A DNA stretch of 64,000 bases from Nitrospinaceae bacterium (GCA_965223665.1 OZ245011.1:2560001-2624000), one strand, 5' to 3'. Numbered from the stretch's first letter, positions 37,903 to 48,926 are shown. Notes: a model not told the origin generated them from the letters alone. Translations and numbers: made by a program.

Positions 37903-39051
37903 ATGAGAACTCTAGGATTATTATTCTTTTCGATGTTTTTTGTTTCAACATTGAACATTTCCACGGCGAAAGCCCAAAATAAAGAATGGATCACGATTGA
38001 AGGAATTGCTCCACTTGGCCCAGACTCTGAGAATTTGGCATTAAGAGATGCAATGCGAAAAGCAATTCAGCAAGTTCTTGGTGTAATGGTTGAGTCGCAA
38101 ACATTGGTAGAAAACTTCCAAGTAATATCCGATAAAATACTCACAGCCAGCCAAGGTTATGTTTCAGATTATAAAATAGTTTCTAGCGGACTTGAACCAT
38201 CTAAAGAAGTATATAAAGTAATTATACAAGCAAAAGTAAAGCGCAAAGCTATCTTAGATGATATCAGAGGATTAAAAATATTTATCAATACTAAACTAGA
38301 TAATAAGCATCTGATGATTATTTATCATAAAAGATCTAATGGGTTGGACCGCAAAAATAAGGCTGTAAAAAGTGCTCAAAATTCCATTCGAAACTATTTT
38401 TTAAAAAAACAGTTTCGTGTTTTCAACGAGGATGCAGTAACCCCAATATACGAAAAAATTAAAGAATTAGGCGAGGACTTTTCAGATAAAAAATTAAACC
38501 AATTGGCCATTAATCAGGATGCTGAATTATTAATAAAATTCAGCCTAAGTAGTAGAACAAAACCTGGCCCAACTTTTTCAATTGTTATTGCAACAGTAAC
38601 AACAAAAGTTTTTAATCCTTCAACTGGAAAAATACTTGGTTCTTCAGAAAAAAGCACAAAACAAATTTATCCATCTAACAATAATTTAGCATTTGAGGAA
38701 GCTCTAATAAAAGCTTCAGTTCAAGCAGCTAAGTCGACATCATCCTCAATTGTAGAAATGATACTAACTAATTTATCTATTTCGGATACAAAAGAATTCC
38801 TAATTATTTTTAAAAATTTTGAAGAAAAAGAGATGGACCAAATTTATTCACTTGTAAAATCGATTGGCTTTCGAAAATTTCGAGAACTAAGGTTTGAGCC
38901 TTATTTTTTAGAATTGGAAATATTCGAAGACATTGAAAGCACATCAAACATCAGACGAATTTTAAAAAATGCTCTAGAAAATAAAGGGCTTTTACTAGAA
39001 ACCCTAGAAACATCTGGAAACCGTATTATTTTTAAACGAAAAAAAAGCTGA
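37903..39051 (+). CDS. Exported FlgT N-terminal-like domain protein
   Basis: Signal; ITIEG.A......ALRDAMRKAIQQVLGVMVESQTLVENF....DKI.T.SQGYV.DYKI...V.I.AKV. Confidence 0.7.
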   Translation: MRTLGLLFFSMFFVSTLNISTAKAQNKEWITIEGIAPLGPDSENLALRDAMRKAIQQVLGVMVESQTLVENFQVISDKILTASQGYVSDYKIVSSGLEPSKEVYKVIIQAKVKRKAILDDIRGLKIFINTKLDNKHLMIIYHKRSNGLDRKNKAVKSAQNSIRNYFLKKQFRVFNEDAVTPIYEKIKELGEDFSDKKLNQLAINQDAELLIKFSLSSRTKPGPTFSIVIATVTTKVFNPSTGKILGSSEKSTKQIYPSNNNLAFEEALIKASVQAAKSTSSSIVEMILTNLSISDTKEFLIIFKNFEEKEMDQIYSLVKSIGFRKFRELRFEPYFLELEIFEDIESTSNIRRILKNALENKGLLLETLETSGNRIIFKRKKS

Positions 39052-39643
39052 CCATTATCTAATCTTAAATATATACAGTCCCTATGATTTACGAAAACTT
39101 TAAGCAAAGAAAGGGATCCGGCAATACCACTTGGTCTTTGTTAAATGGATTCAATCAAAAACCCATATACAAATTTTAAACAAACTATTCAATGACCTTC
39201 TCCCCGAAACCTTTACGGGTTAGACGGTTATTCAGTCAAAGTCATAATTCAACCAAAAACAATTGCAGCTTAAAATTTACACTGGTACATATAAGAGACG
39301 GATAAATTTCTGCTGGATCAGATTTTTAAGTTTGATTGGAATCCGCAGGTCTTGCCAACGATCTATTTATCAGTAACCCTTCCTTGAGTGTTGCATTTTT
39401 AACACCCACTTATCGAGGGTTCGAGGGGACAACCAGAAAAAATGGTTGATTTTTAAAGGGTTAAAATGGGTCCTAGGTTCCAAGAACCATGCAAGACACC
39501 GAAAATAAACACTCCACCGTTTATTAACGGACGATCGGTCATTATTCCATGTTGAATAACTAGACAATTTCATTTAATAAAGGGTTGCCCCACTAGATTT
39601 AGTTTTTAGCGAAACTGAAAAGGCATTCAAGGGAGGAAAATCA

Positions 39644-41230
39644 TTGGCTTCAAAGCGTCTCATCAGTGGAGATATCCCCGTTATTGATCTTTTTGCCGGT
39701 CCGGGTGGACTGGGGGAAGGATTCAGTCAGTTCCGTATCCCGAATAAACAACCATTCAAAATAGCGCTCTCCATTGAGAAAGATCCAATTGCTCACAGTA
39801 CGCTTGAACTCCGTAGCTTTTTTCGTCAGTTCATCAGAAACGGAGTGCCTGAAGACTATTACCGTTTTCTGAGAGGTGAACTGACCAGAAAAGAGCTATT
39901 TGACCGATTCCCGATTGAAGCTTCTGATTCAAAAAGAGAAGCATGGCATGCCACATTGGGAGAAACACCCCAGAAGGAAATCAGTCAGCGCATAAAGGCC
40001 GCGGTTGGAGATAAAAAGCTCTGGGTTCTTACCGGTGGCCCGCCCTGCCAAGCATATTCACTGGTGGGCCGATCCCGTAAGGGCGGAATAGATTCGAAAG
40101 ATAAAAATGTCAGACTCTATATTGAATATCTTAAGATTATCAGTCAGTTTTCTCCGCCTGTTTTCATCATGGAAAATGTTAAGGGTCTCCTTTCTTCAAA
40201 ACTGGGAAACCATAAAATTTTTGATCAAATACGATCCCAGCTTGAAAACCCGGATTCCATTACAGAAGTAAGACACTCTCGGAAATCCCACCGGGCTGGG
40301 CATATTCCAACATACAGGATTTTTTCCTTGGTTCATGAACCCCGGGGAATAGATTTCTGGGGAAATCCCGTATATGAAAGCACAGATTATGTTATCAGGT
40401 GTGAAAATTTTGGAATTCCACAGGCACGACACAGAATAATATTAATGGGAATCCGTGAAGACTTGGATCGTACCCCCATTCCACTCAGGAAAAAGGATTC
40501 CTTCGTTACAGTTAAGGAAGCTCTTAGGGGTCTACCCAAGATTCGCAGTGGCCTGTCGAAATCTGAAGACAGTTCCAAGCTCTGGAAAAATCTATTGAAA
40601 AGTGCATCCGGACAATTCTGGGTCTCTCAGATAAAAAGAAAACATCCAGAAGTTTACAAGAACGTCATAAAGGTCCTTGACCAGTTATCTTCCCCACTGA
40701 AAAACCGTGGTGGTGAATTTATTCCCTGGCAGATCACTAATAGTAAAGACTTTCTCCTGAATTGGCTTGAAGACAGTCAAATTGGTGGAGTCTGCAACCA
40801 CACCTCCAGGGGACATATGGAGGAAGACCTGTATCGATATCTTTTTGCCGCCTGTTATGCCAAGGTCTTCAGAGAATCACCCAAGCTTGGCGATTTTCCC
40901 GAAATTCTTCTCCCAAAACATAACAATGTACCTAGAGCCGTGAAGGGTTCCCTATTTTCAGATCGCTTCAGAGTTCAGATCTCGAACAAACCAGCCACTA
41001 CCATCACAAGTCATATCTCAAAGGATGGTCATTATTATATACACTATGATCCTCAGCAGTGCCGCAGTCTAACAGTCAGAGAAGCAGCAAGACTCCAGAC
41101 CTTTCCTGACAATTACTTTTTTTGTGGACCCCGTACAGCACAATATACCCAAGTAGGAAATGCTGTGCCCCCCTATCTGGCACTGCAGATTGCTGAAACC
41201 GTATTTAATGTGCTTAACCAAGATGAGTAA
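39644..41230 (+). CDS. dcm: DNA (cytosine-5)-methyltransferase
   Basis: DLFAGPGG, GGPPCQ, MENVKG, Q.RHR, R.LTVREAARLQTFP, QVGNAVP. Confidence 0.96.
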   Translation: MASKRLISGDIPVIDLFAGPGGLGEGFSQFRIPNKQPFKIALSIEKDPIAHSTLELRSFFRQFIRNGVPEDYYRFLRGELTRKELFDRFPIEASDSKREAWHATLGETPQKEISQRIKAAVGDKKLWVLTGGPPCQAYSLVGRSRKGGIDSKDKNVRLYIEYLKIISQFSPPVFIMENVKGLLSSKLGNHKIFDQIRSQLENPDSITEVRHSRKSHRAGHIPTYRIFSLVHEPRGIDFWGNPVYESTDYVIRCENFGIPQARHRIILMGIREDLDRTPIPLRKKDSFVTVKEALRGLPKIRSGLSKSEDSSKLWKNLLKSASGQFWVSQIKRKHPEVYKNVIKVLDQLSSPLKNRGGEFIPWQITNSKDFLLNWLEDSQIGGVCNHTSRGHMEEDLYRYLFAACYAKVFRESPKLGDFPEILLPKHNNVPRAVKGSLFSDRFRVQISNKPATTITSHISKDGHYYIHYDPQQCRSLTVREAARLQTFPDNYFFCGPRTAQYTQVGNAVPPYLALQIAETVFNVLNQDE

Positions 41231-41643
41231 TGGCCGATCAAATCTCACCCGAGCACAGAAGTTGGAACATGTCCCGAATCAGGGGCAAAGATACAAAACC
41301 CGAAAAGATTGTACGCTCAATACTTCATAAATCGGGTTACCGTTTCAGACTCCACCGTAAAGACCTTCCAGGAAAACCTGACATTGTTCTTCCCAAATAC
41401 AACACAATAATATTTGTCCATGGCTGTTTCTGGCACCGTCACAAGAACTGTCGTTTTGCTTATACTCCCAAATCCAGAAAGGAGTTCTGGAATGCAAAGT
41501 TCAGAGATAACAAAAGAAGAGACAAAAAGAACCAAAAAAAATTGAAAAATCTTAATTGGAGGGTAATCACAATCTGGGAATGCCAAACCCGAAATCTTGA
41601 ACTAATCAGGAAAATAATTAAAAAAAACCTAGAAGGCACCTAA
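41230..41643 (+). CDS. vsr: Very-short-patch repair endonuclease
   Basis: RSWNMSRIRGKDTKPE, LPGKPD, FVHGCFWH.H, IWEC; TAATG coupling with the methyltransferase. Confidence 0.96.
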   Translation: MADQISPEHRSWNMSRIRGKDTKPEKIVRSILHKSGYRFRLHRKDLPGKPDIVLPKYNTIIFVHGCFWHRHKNCRFAYTPKSRKEFWNAKFRDNKRRDKKNQKKLKNLNWRVITIWECQTRNLELIRKIIKKNLEGT

Positions 41644-41726
41644 TGTATTTGGGACTTCATTTAAATCCATCACAACCAATATCACAATTATGAGTGTTCA
41701 TTCCTTGTCCGATTTTAATAGAGTTC

Positions 41727-42572
41727 TCACCAAGTTTTTTTCCAAGAGACATTAAGGTCGGAAGATACTTTGCGTACTGTTTCCTTAGGTTTAAAATCGG
41801 AAAATACTTTGTCTATGGTTTCCTTAAGATCGGTTTCAGGCAAACATTCAAAACTTATGACTGGCGCCCAGGCTCTGATTCTTTTAAAGGTTTCACGATG
41901 AACGGGTTCCATTTTCTCACGTCCTATTTTCTCTGATGTGCTCTTCCAGCCCAGCGCCAAGGCTCTTGCAACCTTAGGACTGGAAGAAATTCCCGGTCTC
42001 TCAAAAATGGCAACCTGAGCATCTTCTGTAAGCACTCTTAATAATTCAAGATCCTTATCATTACCACCATCAGCTGTCATAAGAAATCCCCTTCGCCATA
42101 ACCTCTGAAAGGTATTTCTGGTTCCTCCAAAAAAGCGGCTCTTTCTATCATCAATGTTGTCATCATGTCTTTTTTTAAGAGGAAATCTCCATCGGCAGAG
42201 ATTGGGAAGGAGAACAAGGGTAAAAAACATCCAAGTTTCATTCCTCAGGGCTTCGCCCACCGGCATACTTGAATTTTTAACAAGATAAGCTGCGCATTTT
42301 GTATCAAAGTCCGTCAACTGTTTTTTGGAGACTTCTCCCGGGTATCCATTTTGAGTTGCCAGTTTAGAAATGCCATCCTGAATTGTTTTAAGCACATCGA
42401 TATTCACTTTGGTGCCACCCGTTTCAGAATAAAAAGCAAAGTCACAGGTGAAACCTGAAATTTTCTCCAGCTGAGGTATGCTTTTATCCCTTATTTCAGC
42501 CCATATTTTTTCTGCATGAACTTTATTTATTCGAGGGAAAAGATATCGCGGCATGTTATTCATTTCCCTCAA
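41727..42572 (-). CDS. Hypothetical protein (DUF6339-like) of the Z1 operon
   Basis: W.FFTL..LP....WRF...RFFGG.RNTFQRLW.R...ED..V.I.ERP. Confidence 0.6.
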   Translation of the reverse strand: MREMNNMPRYLFPRINKVHAEKIWAEIRDKSIPQLEKISGFTCDFAFYSETGGTKVNIDVLKTIQDGISKLATQNGYPGEVSKKQLTDFDTKCAAYLVKNSSMPVGEALRNETWMFFTLVLLPNLCRWRFPLKKRHDDNIDDRKSRFFGGTRNTFQRLWRRGFLMTADGGNDKDLELLRVLTEDAQVAIFERPGISSSPKVARALALGWKSTSEKIGREKMEPVHRETFKRIRAWAPVISFECLPETDLKETIDKVFSDFKPKETVRKVSSDLNVSWKKTW

Positions 42573-43464
42573 AAAAAGTTGATTGAATTATCGACTCCAT
42601 CTCAGAGGGGTTATTTTTTTTGCGGGCACGGAGATCATTAAAATTAAAATCCCCAAATGTAACGCTGAGCCATTCCTTTATCATGTAACCCAGAGTTCCA
42701 CTCTCATATTCACTAAGTTGATTGTAATCAATGTCCTCTAGGTCAATAGTCCGCAAACATACCTGCCTGACAATATCGGATACCATAAGAGAAATTAATA
42801 ATGGATCATTGCTTCTAATTTTCTCAATAAAATTCTTGTTCCCGGAATTAACATACAGCGTGACATTGCCAAGAAAAGACTGTTCAAGAGCATCCGGATC
42901 CCAGCTGAGATACCAGAGACCAGAAGATGAATCCTTAGGAAACCCCTCATTAAAGTCTATTGCAACCATTGGAAACCGGCCAAGCGTTCCTTCAAGGGGG
43001 ATCTGAAATAAATCCTCCCAGAGCCTGCTTCCCTTATGTTTGGCAACAAAAGCCTTTTTGGGTTTCAAAGTTGAATTCAGAAAAATTATCGTCTCCAATA
43101 CAAGCTTGGATGCCAGACGGGAGCTATCCAGTTCTATCTGAATCGTTTCACTCCACAACCCTTTTGCAGGCAACTGGAATAATCTTACCGGATGCTTGTA
43201 GCTGTTACCTTCGGCGCCACTTATAGGAATAACGGCCAGAATGAGGTTCTCTGCTGAATACTCATGACCTGTTTCTCTAAGAACCCGGTTGATATCTATA
43301 TTAAATTCTCTTTCCAAGGTTAGATTCAGATTATAGTCCCAACCGGGTATTCCCTCCTTCACTTTTAAAGGGCTGCCATCAGCCTGTTTCAAAACCCATG
43401 GTTTACAAAGAACTGAATCTTGATCAGACACTGTTTGGTAGGGAAAAGCTATTTCTTCTCTCAC
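42556..43464 (-). CDS. Hypothetical protein of the Z1 operon
   Basis: 302-aa ORF overlapping both neighbours. Confidence 0.65.
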   Translation of the reverse strand: MREEIAFPYQTVSDQDSVLCKPWVLKQADGSPLKVKEGIPGWDYNLNLTLEREFNIDINRVLRETGHEYSAENLILAVIPISGAEGNSYKHPVRLFQLPAKGLWSETIQIELDSSRLASKLVLETIIFLNSTLKPKKAFVAKHKGSRLWEDLFQIPLEGTLGRFPMVAIDFNEGFPKDSSSGLWYLSWDPDALEQSFLGNVTLYVNSGNKNFIEKIRSNDPLLISLMVSDIVRQVCLRTIDLEDIDYNQLSEYESGTLGYMIKEWLSVTFGDFNFNDLRARKKNNPSEMESIIQSTFFEGNE

Positions 43465-45323
43465 TTGGAAACCTCCTCAAGAAAGGCCTTAAGTGATACT
43501 GCAACATATCCTGGAATGGAGACTAGTACGGATAACATCTCCTCACCCGTAGTCTCTATTAGAAGCAACTCCGTATTTCCAATTTCCCTATCACTGGAAT
43601 CACGCCATTCGAGAACTTCAGGCTTCTTCCCTCCAGGCAATTCAGAAATGGTTCCCCCACCATCAATAACCACTTCGGGTTTAACCCTAATAATTATTTT
43701 CTTACCTTTTGGCCCCTTCAACCTGATATCGAATCTGGCACATGGCATACCTTTTTTCACTGTATGGCATTTAAATTTAGGCTTTTCCAATCTGAACGGC
43801 TTTTGCCTTCCACCTCTAGATCCAGTTCTTTCCCTCCCCCGGGTCACTCCTCCCAGTCTGCTCCCTGCAAGACCTGAAATCATGCTTCCTACCGCATCTG
43901 CAACACTTCCAATGGATTCACCGTTTTTATCCCCCCCAATCTTTGGTTCTGGAGAATGGAAGGCAATCATTGCTTCCCTGATTCTCTTGAGAGCAACCTT
44001 GACAAAGGTTTTTTTTCTGCTTTTCGCAGGAAGATAATCTGGTATCCAGTCATCATGAGCAGGGGGTTCCGCTTCTGCAAATGCCCTTTCAACTTGGTGG
44101 TCTGAGTCAACAATAAAAACACCTGCCCATTCGACATCGTCAATACCCATGGATTCTCCCTCAAGGTATTTTAGAACAAGTTCTGCAGGTCGCATCAGAG
44201 CCACATGCTGGCTTTTGGAAGGAATAATATTCTCACTAGACTGCAATGCAGGATTTCTCAGGGATCTGAGATTTTTTACAGTTGAAAGTTTTCCAAGTAT
44301 TTTTTTGGGACTTTTACATTCAATTTTTAGGTTGGTGCTACTGTCAGCTTTAAGGTTGCGCATCGCCTCCGAGAAGAGATCAATCGGGGAACAGTCTTCG
44401 GGTTTTGGCAAAGAGCACTCTTCTCTCTCTATCTCAAGAGAAAATTTCATGGAAGCCGGACAGGAGTCATATTCAATCATTTTGGGCCAGAAATTCCAGA
44501 GAAGTATTTCGGCCAGCCTAGCCTTCATTTCCTTCCTTGAGTTTTCATCAATATCCGGGGCAAGTATCATAATGGAGGTACCGAATTCTTCCTCCCTCCT
44601 ATCAGGAAAACCGAGCGCCGAGGCCAAACCAGCCGCATCATCGGAAGTAACCGGTTCAACAACCTCTCCACCATTTCGAACTCCCCACCAGTGCCTTCCG
44701 GTAAATCTTTTCCCGCCATCATCACCTATAGAATCATATCTGTGACCAATTTTGCATGCCATCAGTCTTCGTACGACTTCATTCCTGCATTTTGCCAAGG
44801 TATCAACAATGATCGTATGACATCGACTAAAGGAATAAAGACAGGATTTGCCATATCCATAAGTTCCTCCACCTTGAAAGGTATCTCTTGGCGTTCCTAT
44901 ATTCCTCAGAAAATCCACAAAATCTGGAGCCTCGCCCTTTTCCGGAATTTCATCTGGATGGGTAGGTCCACCCAGACCACAGGTACCAAAATCACAAATC
45001 TCAAAAACACTGAAATTCTCTCCTTCAGCCAGCAAATCCTGAATTCTTCGGTATTCTTCACCATCAGGTTCGTCAGGGAGATCAGGAAATATGTTCTCAG
45101 CCAAAATGTTCTTTTCCTGGGGCAAAAGGGTTCTGAGTCGAATACGGTATTCCGGTATCTTCCCCTCCTCTCTTGCATCCCATGAATTCTGAACTGTTTC
45201 ACGAATTACAGTCTGGAGCTGGTCAAGATTAGGAGCTCCCAAAAGTTTGGATACCCCATCCGCAGAAATATTCCCGTACCTTGAATAAGGTTCGGAGTCT
45301 CTGACCAAAGTTGTTAATATCAT
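43461..45323 (-). CDS. GHKL (MutL/MORC-like) ATPase-domain protein
   Basis: RETVQNSWDA (N box), DFGTCGL (G1), GGTYGYGK (G2), GTSI. Confidence 0.8.
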   Translation of the reverse strand: MILTTLVRDSEPYSRYGNISADGVSKLLGAPNLDQLQTVIRETVQNSWDAREEGKIPEYRIRLRTLLPQEKNILAENIFPDLPDEPDGEEYRRIQDLLAEGENFSVFEICDFGTCGLGGPTHPDEIPEKGEAPDFVDFLRNIGTPRDTFQGGGTYGYGKSCLYSFSRCHTIIVDTLAKCRNEVVRRLMACKIGHRYDSIGDDGGKRFTGRHWWGVRNGGEVVEPVTSDDAAGLASALGFPDRREEEFGTSIMILAPDIDENSRKEMKARLAEILLWNFWPKMIEYDSCPASMKFSLEIEREECSLPKPEDCSPIDLFSEAMRNLKADSSTNLKIECKSPKKILGKLSTVKNLRSLRNPALQSSENIIPSKSQHVALMRPAELVLKYLEGESMGIDDVEWAGVFIVDSDHQVERAFAEAEPPAHDDWIPDYLPAKSRKKTFVKVALKRIREAMIAFHSPEPKIGGDKNGESIGSVADAVGSMISGLAGSRLGGVTRGRERTGSRGGRQKPFRLEKPKFKCHTVKKGMPCARFDIRLKGPKGKKIIIRVKPEVVIDGGGTISELPGGKKPEVLEWRDSSDREIGNTELLLIETTGEEMLSVLVSIPGYVAVSLKAFLEEVSK

Positions 45324-46324
45324 TTTACATATTCCTTGAAAACTTCCTGAATCGATTCTTCAACAGCAAATTCTCTAGCAACAGAAAGGTCAAGCATATA
45401 CCGGATATGAGAAATTCCTTCCTTTGGATTCCCCTCTCGAAATGCGTTTATAGTCAGCTTAGGAAAGGAATCTGAAATCTGGTAGGTCATAATTTGATAA
45501 AGGTTAAATCTATACTTTTTCCAGATCTCCTTGTCCTCCTTCAGATATCCCCCCATGCCAATTAATTCTTCAAATCTTTCAGGACGGCCGGCTTTTTCCA
45601 GCAGCTCTTCCGCGATGGAGGGAACATCCAGATTGCCCACTGGGTTTGACTCAAAAATATGATGAACAAGATAAAGACTACCTCCGTTCGGAGGTTCAAG
45701 CTGATCCAGAGAGGTTATTTCTATTACCGGTTTCTGCGTACGTACCGATGCCTTGGATTCCAAAGCTGTTTGCCCAGACGTGAAGTCATGTCTTCCCCCT
45801 TCCGGTCCCAACCAAGTCTTCCATGCGTCTGCCCTGTACCCCATAAGTTGACGCAGAAGCATCAGCTCTCCGAGAAGACCTGTAACCTTTTCCCGCGTTA
45901 TTTCCAATCTGGATATCTTCAGCAAATTGCGGAATTCCTTTAGGCTCTCCTCCACCGCTTTTAAGGGTATTTCCCTTTCGTTCACTCTTCGCAAAATGTC
46001 GGAAACAACTTCTCCAAAGACCGCTTCTAAGTTGTTCTCAAGACATACCAGATCCAGGAATCTTGTATTCTTCCCGCCGACCAGATAACTTTTATCTTGG
46101 ATATCAAGAGATTTTCCTCCAAGCTCTTTATTTATTCTATCCCTTGGATCGATTGGAACGAGGAGGCGCGCTTCTCCTGATCCACCAAGAGCCAGACGGA
46201 GGGGACCAAATCTGGTTTTCGCTTCCAGCGGACTGGTTGCAAAACCAACTGTGGTATCGGACACCCCAGTTTCTGTTCTGAGGTGAGTCCACCTTAGAAC
46301 CGGATCAATTTTACTGTTCTCCAT
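45320..46324 (-). CDS. PD-(D/E)XK motif protein (DUF4420-like)
   Basis: GLLGEL..L...W.GP....HDF......E.K.......I.SL.QL. Confidence 0.85.
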   Translation of the reverse strand: MENSKIDPVLRWTHLRTETGVSDTTVGFATSPLEAKTRFGPLRLALGGSGEARLLVPIDPRDRINKELGGKSLDIQDKSYLVGGKNTRFLDLVCLENNLEAVFGEVVSDILRRVNEREIPLKAVEESLKEFRNLLKISRLEITREKVTGLLGELMLLRQLMGYRADAWKTWLGPEGGRHDFTSGQTALESKASVRTQKPVIEITSLDQLEPPNGGSLYLVHHIFESNPVGNLDVPSIAEELLEKAGRPERFEELIGMGGYLKEDKEIWKKYRFNLYQIMTYQISDSFPKLTINAFREGNPKEGISHIRYMLDLSVAREFAVEESIQEVFKEYVK

Positions 46325-48926
46325 TTATATCCTCAGGAATATCTGGTTCCTCATAATCCTGTTCCGGAAGAGGAACCTGAACATAGATTTGTGTATCATC
46401 GGTTGCCTTGGGAAATACAAAGCCTAAACCAAGAACATCCGTCATGGCATTAAGAGGTTCGCGGTTCTTTGATGACACAGGTGTTGATTCAGAGTTTATC
46501 GGATAAAAAATCAACAAAGGCTTTTTCCCAATCTTATTTTCCCTTTCATTTCTCAATTCGGCCCAACCCTTTTCGGAAACTTTAATGTTATCGTCAACAT
46601 CGATAAAAACATCAGCTTTGGACATGAGAGCTTTGATGTCAGCATCGTTTTCCAGTCCCCCGTCCTTTAACCGGGACCGGACAATTGTTCTTACTTTTCC
46701 TAAAGATCCTAAATTCTCTTGACTCTGAGCACCGGAAGACGGCTGAAGAACTCCTAAATTCCAGAATTTAAGATCACCAGCTGTTTGGCGGTTCTGGTCT
46801 TCGATATAATTTATAAGTGATACTTTATTCAATGCATTATGGGTCTCGTGTACTTCGTATGATTCAATAAAATTCAGAATCAAGCCAACTGGAACATTCA
46901 GAAATACAGGACCTCTTCCAAAGTCGGAGGAATTTATTCCTTTTGACTTTACAGAATTGATCAATTCAGAACCAGCCTTCCAGTTTTTATCCAGCCATCC
47001 CCCATCCTTCTCTTTGAATCGAAAAGTCTGAACATGAGAATCAGAATAAGAAACAGAGACGGCCTGAGCTGCCATCATTTTAGTCCTAGCCGTAATGGCC
47101 AGCCCCGGAAGCTGCCGGATCCTGACAGCAAATTGCATTGGAGTGAGTTTATCCCTAGCATAAATCTCTATATCCTGTCGGATTTCTGCTTCAACTGTGG
47201 CCAGATCATGAAATGCATTTCTCATATCTCTGGTCATCCAGATTCTTGGAAGATCTTCAAATTTGTTTCGGTATCCGAACCACCGCCCCATCTGCATTAT
47301 CGAATCGTACTGTGTGGATGTCCTCATGAAAAAACTTACAATCAGACCCTCAATTGTCAGTCCTCTGGCAAGAACATTACCCCCTACGACAATATAACGC
47401 CTTGTCCTGCTGCTGAAATCAAGCCTTTCTTCGCTTTCACTGTTTTCAACCACCACTTCAATCTGACCCACTGTTTCAGGCACATGATTCCATAGATCAT
47501 CAAATTCGACCGTCCTGTTCCCAAAACTTTCTGCAGGTACGCAATTCCTTTCCTCATCCCATAATTGCTTTAATTCTTTAAAAATCTTTTGATCGTTTCC
47601 AATGAGTTTATTTTGAACCCATTCTAGAAACTCTTCAATGCGTTGCTGTGCACTGAAATGAGGTTCCTTATAAATCGTCGTATGTATCAGCATTGACGAA
47701 TGGCAGTTTTCATCTCCTCTAACCTTTCGCACCGCCGTGGCCAAGATGAAATATAATAAGGATTTCCGGAGAGTGCTGGTAATTTCGAACGAAAAACTAT
47801 CTCTGTCTTTTTTCTTCTGGGGCCTTAATAATGGTGATTCCTCGTCAGGAATGAGGCGGATCATGTCAAGACCCTCCTCTTCAGGATGAACTTCGTCCCC
47901 CTCAAGAATATCTCTTCCAAACAGGCTTTCCGCGCCAAAATATTCCTCAGGTTTTTCCAGGGAATAGATAAAATCTTTCGGATAAAGATCATCAGGGTGT
48001 TCTGGGTTTGCAAGAACCGGGTTAATGAGAATATTTGCAAAAGGAGTTGCTGTATACCCTATATAGGCAACTCTTGGCAGAAGCTTCAGCAAGGTTCGTA
48101 CACTCTCATTTATGGCACTCATTTCTTCAGCGAATTTCGCACTGTTGACACTTGCCTGGTCACATTCATCATCAATTACCATGAAGGGGCAACTTTTCAA
48201 TATGGCAGGAGGAGTACTTTTTAAAACACCTATCAGCCTTGAAAGGATATGTTTATTCTTTTTAATAACAGCGATATTTCTCTGATCAGGGCTGAATGAT
48301 GGAAAGCTTGATAACCTGAGATTAAAGTCTGTTCCGATATTTGTCCATTTCTGCCACTTGGCCGGATTCCTTTTTACAAGATCGTTCTCAAATCTTTCCT
48401 GAGTCTGATTTCTCAGTGCATCAGTAAGGCCTGATAGCACAATGAAAAACCTGAAACTGGCATCTGCAGCTTTTGCCATAACAGCTGTCATATTTGCAGT
48501 CTTTCCACTTTGAACATATCCAACAACCAGACCTTTTGTCTTGAATTCGTTCAAACCGGGATTATCCAGATGCTGGATAATACTTGTTGAGGATCTGTTG
48601 ATTTTCCTAACTGTAAAATCACGCCATTCTTTGTCCTCCAAAAGATATTTTTTCAGAGCCGGCCAGAAAATGTCTGAATCCTTTGGACCAAAGTACCATT
48701 CCTTTCTGTCCTCTAGGATCGCAAATCCACCTTCACTGATATATTCAACAGGAATATCCCTTAATTCCTGGTAAGCCTTCTCCATGTATTCTTTATTTTC
48801 ATTATAAAAATCGAAATCCTTTGCCTGGTTTACACACTCTTGGTAGGCCTTATCAAGGGTATAGCCGTTTGCTATGACCTTTTCGGATATTATTCCTTTG
48901 AATTTTTTAACTTTGGATCCATCCAT
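46311..48926 (-). CDS. Z1-domain SF2-helicase-like endonuclease subunit
   Basis: GYVQSGKT, DDECD, GYTATPFAN, SSMLIH, VGGN.LARGLT.EGL, QMGRWFGYR. Confidence 0.92.
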   Translation of the reverse strand: MDGSKVKKFKGIISEKVIANGYTLDKAYQECVNQAKDFDFYNENKEYMEKAYQELRDIPVEYISEGGFAILEDRKEWYFGPKDSDIFWPALKKYLLEDKEWRDFTVRKINRSSTSIIQHLDNPGLNEFKTKGLVVGYVQSGKTANMTAVMAKAADASFRFFIVLSGLTDALRNQTQERFENDLVKRNPAKWQKWTNIGTDFNLRLSSFPSFSPDQRNIAVIKKNKHILSRLIGVLKSTPPAILKSCPFMVIDDECDQASVNSAKFAEEMSAINESVRTLLKLLPRVAYIGYTATPFANILINPVLANPEHPDDLYPKDFIYSLEKPEEYFGAESLFGRDILEGDEVHPEEEGLDMIRLIPDEESPLLRPQKKKDRDSFSFEITSTLRKSLLYFILATAVRKVRGDENCHSSMLIHTTIYKEPHFSAQQRIEEFLEWVQNKLIGNDQKIFKELKQLWDEERNCVPAESFGNRTVEFDDLWNHVPETVGQIEVVVENSESEERLDFSSRTRRYIVVGGNVLARGLTIEGLIVSFFMRTSTQYDSIMQMGRWFGYRNKFEDLPRIWMTRDMRNAFHDLATVEAEIRQDIEIYARDKLTPMQFAVRIRQLPGLAITARTKMMAAQAVSVSYSDSHVQTFRFKEKDGGWLDKNWKAGSELINSVKSKGINSSDFGRGPVFLNVPVGLILNFIESYEVHETHNALNKVSLINYIEDQNRQTAGDLKFWNLGVLQPSSGAQSQENLGSLGKVRTIVRSRLKDGGLENDADIKALMSKADVFIDVDDNIKVSEKGWAELRNERENKIGKKPLLIFYPINSESTPVSSKNREPLNAMTDVLGLGFVFPKATDDTQIYVQVPLPEQDYEEPDIPEDINGEQ

